A stretch of DNA of 39,002 nt from a virus (Duplodnaviria > Caudoviricetes): positions 1 to 39,002 of the IMG/VR virus record IMGVR_UViG_3300020042_003012. One strand, 5' to 3'. The position numbers were made by a program, and so were the translations under genes. A model generated the notes under the pieces. The model did not search any database, was not told the DNA's origin, and was given only the letters and a program-made list of their open reading frames with translations. Position 1 is the first letter of the stretch. Each line of letters begins with the position of its first letter. Positions 36,458 to 39,002 of this stretch are shown piece by piece.

Positions 36458-36643
36458 TTAAGATTTATAACCACCACCTTTAGCTTTGTATTCTTTAGCT
36501 AAAAGTTGTGCTTTCCTTGCCGACCATTCACCGGGGTCGCCTCCCTTACTACCTGCTTTAATACGCTCAAACAACGCTTTACGCATTGTAGGTTTAGTGT
36601 AAACACCTGCTTGATTAACTTTAGATTTAGTGGTTTTCTTCAC
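36458..36643 (-). CDS. Small basic protein (DUF5872-like, N-part)
   Basis: YTKPTMR...GGDPGEWSARKAQLLA..YK..GGGY motif. Confidence 0.7.
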   Translation of the reverse strand: MKKTTKSKVNQAGVYTKPTMRKALFERIKAGSKGGDPGEWSARKAQLLAKEYKAKGGGYKS

Positions 36644-36906
36644 TTCATCTTCCCTGTTTTAGTGCGTGAGAAACTCCGATTGTTACTCTTACTAGTAACA
36701 CGTAAATTACTACGACTATTGCCACCACCTTTACTAAGCGGTTTCTTATGGTCTACATCTTTACCATCACCCTTACTTACTTTACCTTCATCCATAAGTT
36801 TACGCCTAGCACCATTACGTTTAGCCCTATCTTTAACAACAGAGGGCTTACCATCATATGCTTGTTGCTTCTTATAATCTCTTTTTCCTGCGGTCATGTA
36901 AGGCAT
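36640..36906 (-). CDS. Small HNH endonuclease (packaging-region type)
   Basis: DVDHKKPLSKGG.N...NLRV....NRS. Confidence 0.8.
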   Translation of the reverse strand: MPYMTAGKRDYKKQQAYDGKPSVVKDRAKRNGARRKLMDEGKVSKGDGKDVDHKKPLSKGGGNSRSNLRVTSKSNNRSFSRTKTGKMK

Positions 36907-37394
36907 TATTTCTTTCCTCCAGCAATGATACCAAGTCTAGCCATATCCCCTGCTATACGCCCTGTAGAGGGTGCTATAACCTCTTTAACCTCTTTAGGTC
37001 TACCTACAGGCTTCTTAACACCACCATCTACGTAACCCTTCTCAGCAAGCCATTTAGCAGCCGCTGTACCACCGGGTAGTTTAGCATGTTGCTTAATCTG
37101 TGCAATTGCTTCAGACTGTAGTTTAACAGCAAGTTCTGCTTGCCATTTGTCTACGTGTGGTTTAATGATGGGATGGTTACGTACTTCTTGCCAATGTTCC
37201 CAATCTCCTAACAATGTCATAGCCACTGAATACTCAGATGGGTCACGGCAGTCTAGGAACACGTCTTTACACTCTTGCAAGGTATAGACAGGTTTAAACT
37301 TTACATCAACACGAGCAAACTCCTTGAACAAGCCAAGGATAACACGTTTGCCGCTACCATCTAAGAATTTAGTTCTATCAGTCATTGTCATCAA
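36906..37394 (-). CDS. Putative terminase small subunit
   Basis: ~160 aa helical protein in the packaging cluster (AAAKWLAEKGY...GRP); start uncertain (37394, 37391 or 37385). Confidence 0.5.
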   Translation of the reverse strand: MMTMTDRTKFLDGSGKRVILGLFKEFARVDVKFKPVYTLQECKDVFLDCRDPSEYSVAMTLLGDWEHWQEVRNHPIIKPHVDKWQAELAVKLQSEAIAQIKQHAKLPGGTAAAKWLAEKGYVDGGVKKPVGRPKEVKEVIAPSTGRIAGDMARLGIIAGGKK

Positions 37395-37620
37395 TTATAG
37401 TTACGTTACGAATCATGCCTCTAGGTATTTGTGAACGACAACCTACTGTTCCATCACCAATAAAAGAGGATGTTAAAACCATACCTTCAGGCCCATCATA
37501 TAAAACAAATCCTACTTGGTGTGCAATTACAGGTACGTATACAAAAGGCTCATCATGGAATGCCCAAGGACTATCGTCCAAATCAGCAGCATCTTCCCAT
37601 TCCACGTAAGCCATCTTCAT
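37378..37620 (-). CDS. Hypothetical protein (VEWEDA...IPRGMI)
   Basis: Coupled ORF. Confidence 0.7.
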   Translation of the reverse strand: MKMAYVEWEDAADLDDSPWAFHDEPFVYVPVIAHQVGFVLYDGPEGMVLTSSFIGDGTVGCRSQIPRGMIRNVTIIDDND

Positions 37621-37784
37621 TTTTTAGCCTTGTTCTTAGCTGTACGTTGACCACGTTTAGGTAATGACTTACCTGCTTTACTCAACGCAATTGCAATTGC
37701 TTGTTTTTGTGGAACACCTTGTTTCATTTCTTTGCGAATATTTTCTGAAACTGTTTTATTACTACTTCCTTTTTTCATTGGCAT
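37617..37784 (-). CDS. Small basic protein ([23 protein letters not shown])
   Basis: Probable start MPMKKG at 37784. Confidence 0.7.
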   Translation of the reverse strand: MPMKKGSSNKTVSENIRKEMKQGVPQKQAIAIALSKAGKSLPKRGQRTAKNKAKK

Positions 37785-37785
37785 A

Positions 37786-38124
37786 TTAAACATTCCTTTC
37801 AAAGTGTGGACAATCTACAAGTGACTTAAAATTACCACCCCAACGATTCTTAGGGTGGAGACTTTCCCAATATGCCCCTACTGGAGCAATAATTTCTTTA
37901 TCCCAAATAATCTTACCGTCTTTAAAGAAGTTCAAATCCATTGCACAACGTTTCAAGTGGATGGAGTTCATTGTCTTGCTACGACCTGTTTTAAAGTAAA
38001 TAGCCTGTTGTTCTGGTGTACGTGCAAGTTCTCCACCTGTCACCTTAAAGCCCTGTTCTGTAGCATACTGAATGAGCTTACACATATCTAACAGGAAAGC
38101 TGCTTGTTGGTCTGATAGGCTCAT
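37786..38124 (-). CDS. Endolysin, peptidase M15 family
   Basis: R..EQQ, SIH....AMD, WGGNF, DCPHFE zinc-peptidase motifs. Confidence 0.88.
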   Translation of the reverse strand: MSLSDQQAAFLLDMCKLIQYATEQGFKVTGGELARTPEQQAIYFKTGRSKTMNSIHLKRCAMDLNFFKDGKIIWDKEIIAPVGAYWESLHPKNRWGGNFKSLVDCPHFERNV

Positions 38125-38633
38125 TTCTTACTCCTTAAGTCAGCTAGTTTCTCTACTGTTCTACCACCAAAGTATGCTCCCATAATAAGCATTCCCCAAT
38201 TTCCTAGCAAGGTAACGTAGCTTTCGTTAGCATTGTACCCATAGGCACTCATCATAGCAAACACAAAGTAGCCTGTAAAGATGGCTATAAGGCTCATAGG
38301 GCGTATGTTCTTAGACAGCCAAGAGTCACTGCTCATGTCTGCATTCCAGCGAGAAGATACGTTGTCTTCTTCGCTTTGTGCTGCCTTAGCAAACAACTCT
38401 AGCTCAGCCAGTTCCATCTTAGCTTTTTCAATGCCAAGTTCTAACAGACGTTCTTCATGGTCATACTGAAGCTGCCGTAAAGTTGCTACATCTGCGGGTG
38501 TTGGATTGTCAGCAATCTTTACACCAAGGGTTTTCTCTACAACTTCTTTGCCTTTAGCTTGGATAGCACTAGATAATAGTCCTAGACCATTCTCTGCAAG
38601 TGTTCCTAGTAATGCACCTATAATTGGAATCAT
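38121..38633 (-). CDS. Holin-like membrane protein (3TM holin type)
   Basis: DSWLSKNIRP, two C-terminal TM segments, YFGGRTVEK; next to the endolysin. Confidence 0.7.
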   Translation of the reverse strand: MIPIIGALLGTLAENGLGLLSSAIQAKGKEVVEKTLGVKIADNPTPADVATLRQLQYDHEERLLELGIEKAKMELAELELFAKAAQSEEDNVSSRWNADMSSDSWLSKNIRPMSLIAIFTGYFVFAMMSAYGYNANESYVTLLGNWGMLIMGAYFGGRTVEKLADLRSKK

Positions 38634-38923
38634 TTCTTATCCTTTTCTTGTTCAATTTCTTTACGAAGTTTTTCAATCTTTTTTACTTCATAACGTACTT
38701 CTTGCCTAGCAGTATTAATATCCATTAACATAAAACCTATTACAGGTAACATTATGACAAACACAGCCATCATTGCAATAAGACCTATTAAAAACCCCAT
38801 CTTATCTTCCTGTCTACTGTTATTAGCCAAAACAGGAGGAGGAGGTATATAGTAACTAGACTCACTGCTCCTATCTGTAGTGCTTTGTCTTGCAGGGAGC
38901 TTACTAATTGTCTTCGTTGCCAT
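38630..38923 (-). CDS. Membrane protein with one TM and coiled coil (lysis module)
   Basis: GGGAG RBS before ATG 38923; alternative start at 38800. Confidence 0.6.
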   Translation of the reverse strand: MATKTISKLPARQSTTDRSSESSYYIPPPPVLANNSRQEDKMGFLIGLIAMMAVFVIMLPVIGFMLMDINTARQEVRYEVKKIEKLRKEIEQEKDKK

Positions 38924-39002
38924 GCTGACTCCCTTGCTTTTTGTTCTGCTATAAGCCTTTCTTGTGTTTGTTCTTCCTCTAATCTTGCGTATTCTTCTTC
39001 AA
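38788..39002 (-). CDS. 3' part of a coiled-coil membrane protein truncated by the window edge
   Basis: Open frame ...EEEYARLEEEQ...LQIGAVSLVTIYLLLLFWLITVDRKIRWGF-stop (38788-38790). Confidence 0.6.
   Translation of the reverse strand, partial: EEEYARLEEEQTQERLIAEQKARESAWQRRQLVSSLQDKALQIGAVSLVTIYLLLLFWLITVDRKIRWGF

Larger units (their letters stand above)
284..36697. repeat. Dispersed palindrome TACTAGTA (consensus GTTACTAGTAAC), at least 31 copies
   Basis: Exact TACTAGTA starts at 284, 535, 845, 1450, 1784, 2340, 2535, 2765, 3198, 3704, 4203, 4729, 5240, 5978, 6811, 7545, 9772, 10330, 10804, 12390, 13395, 14610, 16474, 17004, 17448, 19868, 22021, 24547, 26262, 28916, 36690 (manual scan). 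Confidence 0.92.

Noticed and set aside
1057-38709. Many ORF-track entries antisense to or nested within long genes (e.g. 3225..3788 -, 14093..14551 +, 30167..30715 +, 32520..33140 +)
   Set aside because: Shadow frames of well-supported genes; no RBS or motifs and, for most, wrong strand for their arm
1-39002. Prophage, tRNA, phage RNA polymerase or DNA-modification (methylase, PurZ) genes
   Set aside because: No integrase, repressor, att-like context, tRNA fold or corresponding motifs recognised; the unseen part of the genome beyond 39002 could still hold such genes

Overview
A large part of a lytic, podovirus-type tailed phage genome, truncated at the right edge inside the lysis region. 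It has two converging arms that meet at a bidirectional terminator (~16.5 kb). The + strand early/replication arm carries tiny early ORFs, a CobT-like vWA protein and CobS/MoxR AAA+ ATPase, primase, SF4 helicase, family A DNA polymerase, putative SSB, Cas4-like exonuclease, metallophosphoesterase, HNH, class II B12-dependent RNR, an RpoE-like ECF sigma factor and DUF3310. The - strand late arm carries holin, M15 endolysin, small basic proteins, terminase, portal, scaffold, capsid, tail tubular A/B, internal virion proteins and a lytic transglycosylase. No phage RNA polymerase, integrase, tRNA or CRISPR array was seen. The layout resembles Zobellviridae/cobavirus- or LUZ24-like phages, and the host is probably a beta/gamma-proteobacterium (both inference). 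Two unusual signals stand out. (1) The palindrome TACTAGTA (consensus GTTACTAGTAAC) occurs at least 31 times, embedded in genes in both usable reading frames, with spacing that widens from ~0.3 kb at the left end to several kb at the right. (2) The left non-coding region is tightly packed with host DNA-binding-protein sites: Fur, DnaA, LexA-like, sigma54, OmpR/PhoB-type repeats and possibly NrdR. All calls are by eye; no database searches were run.
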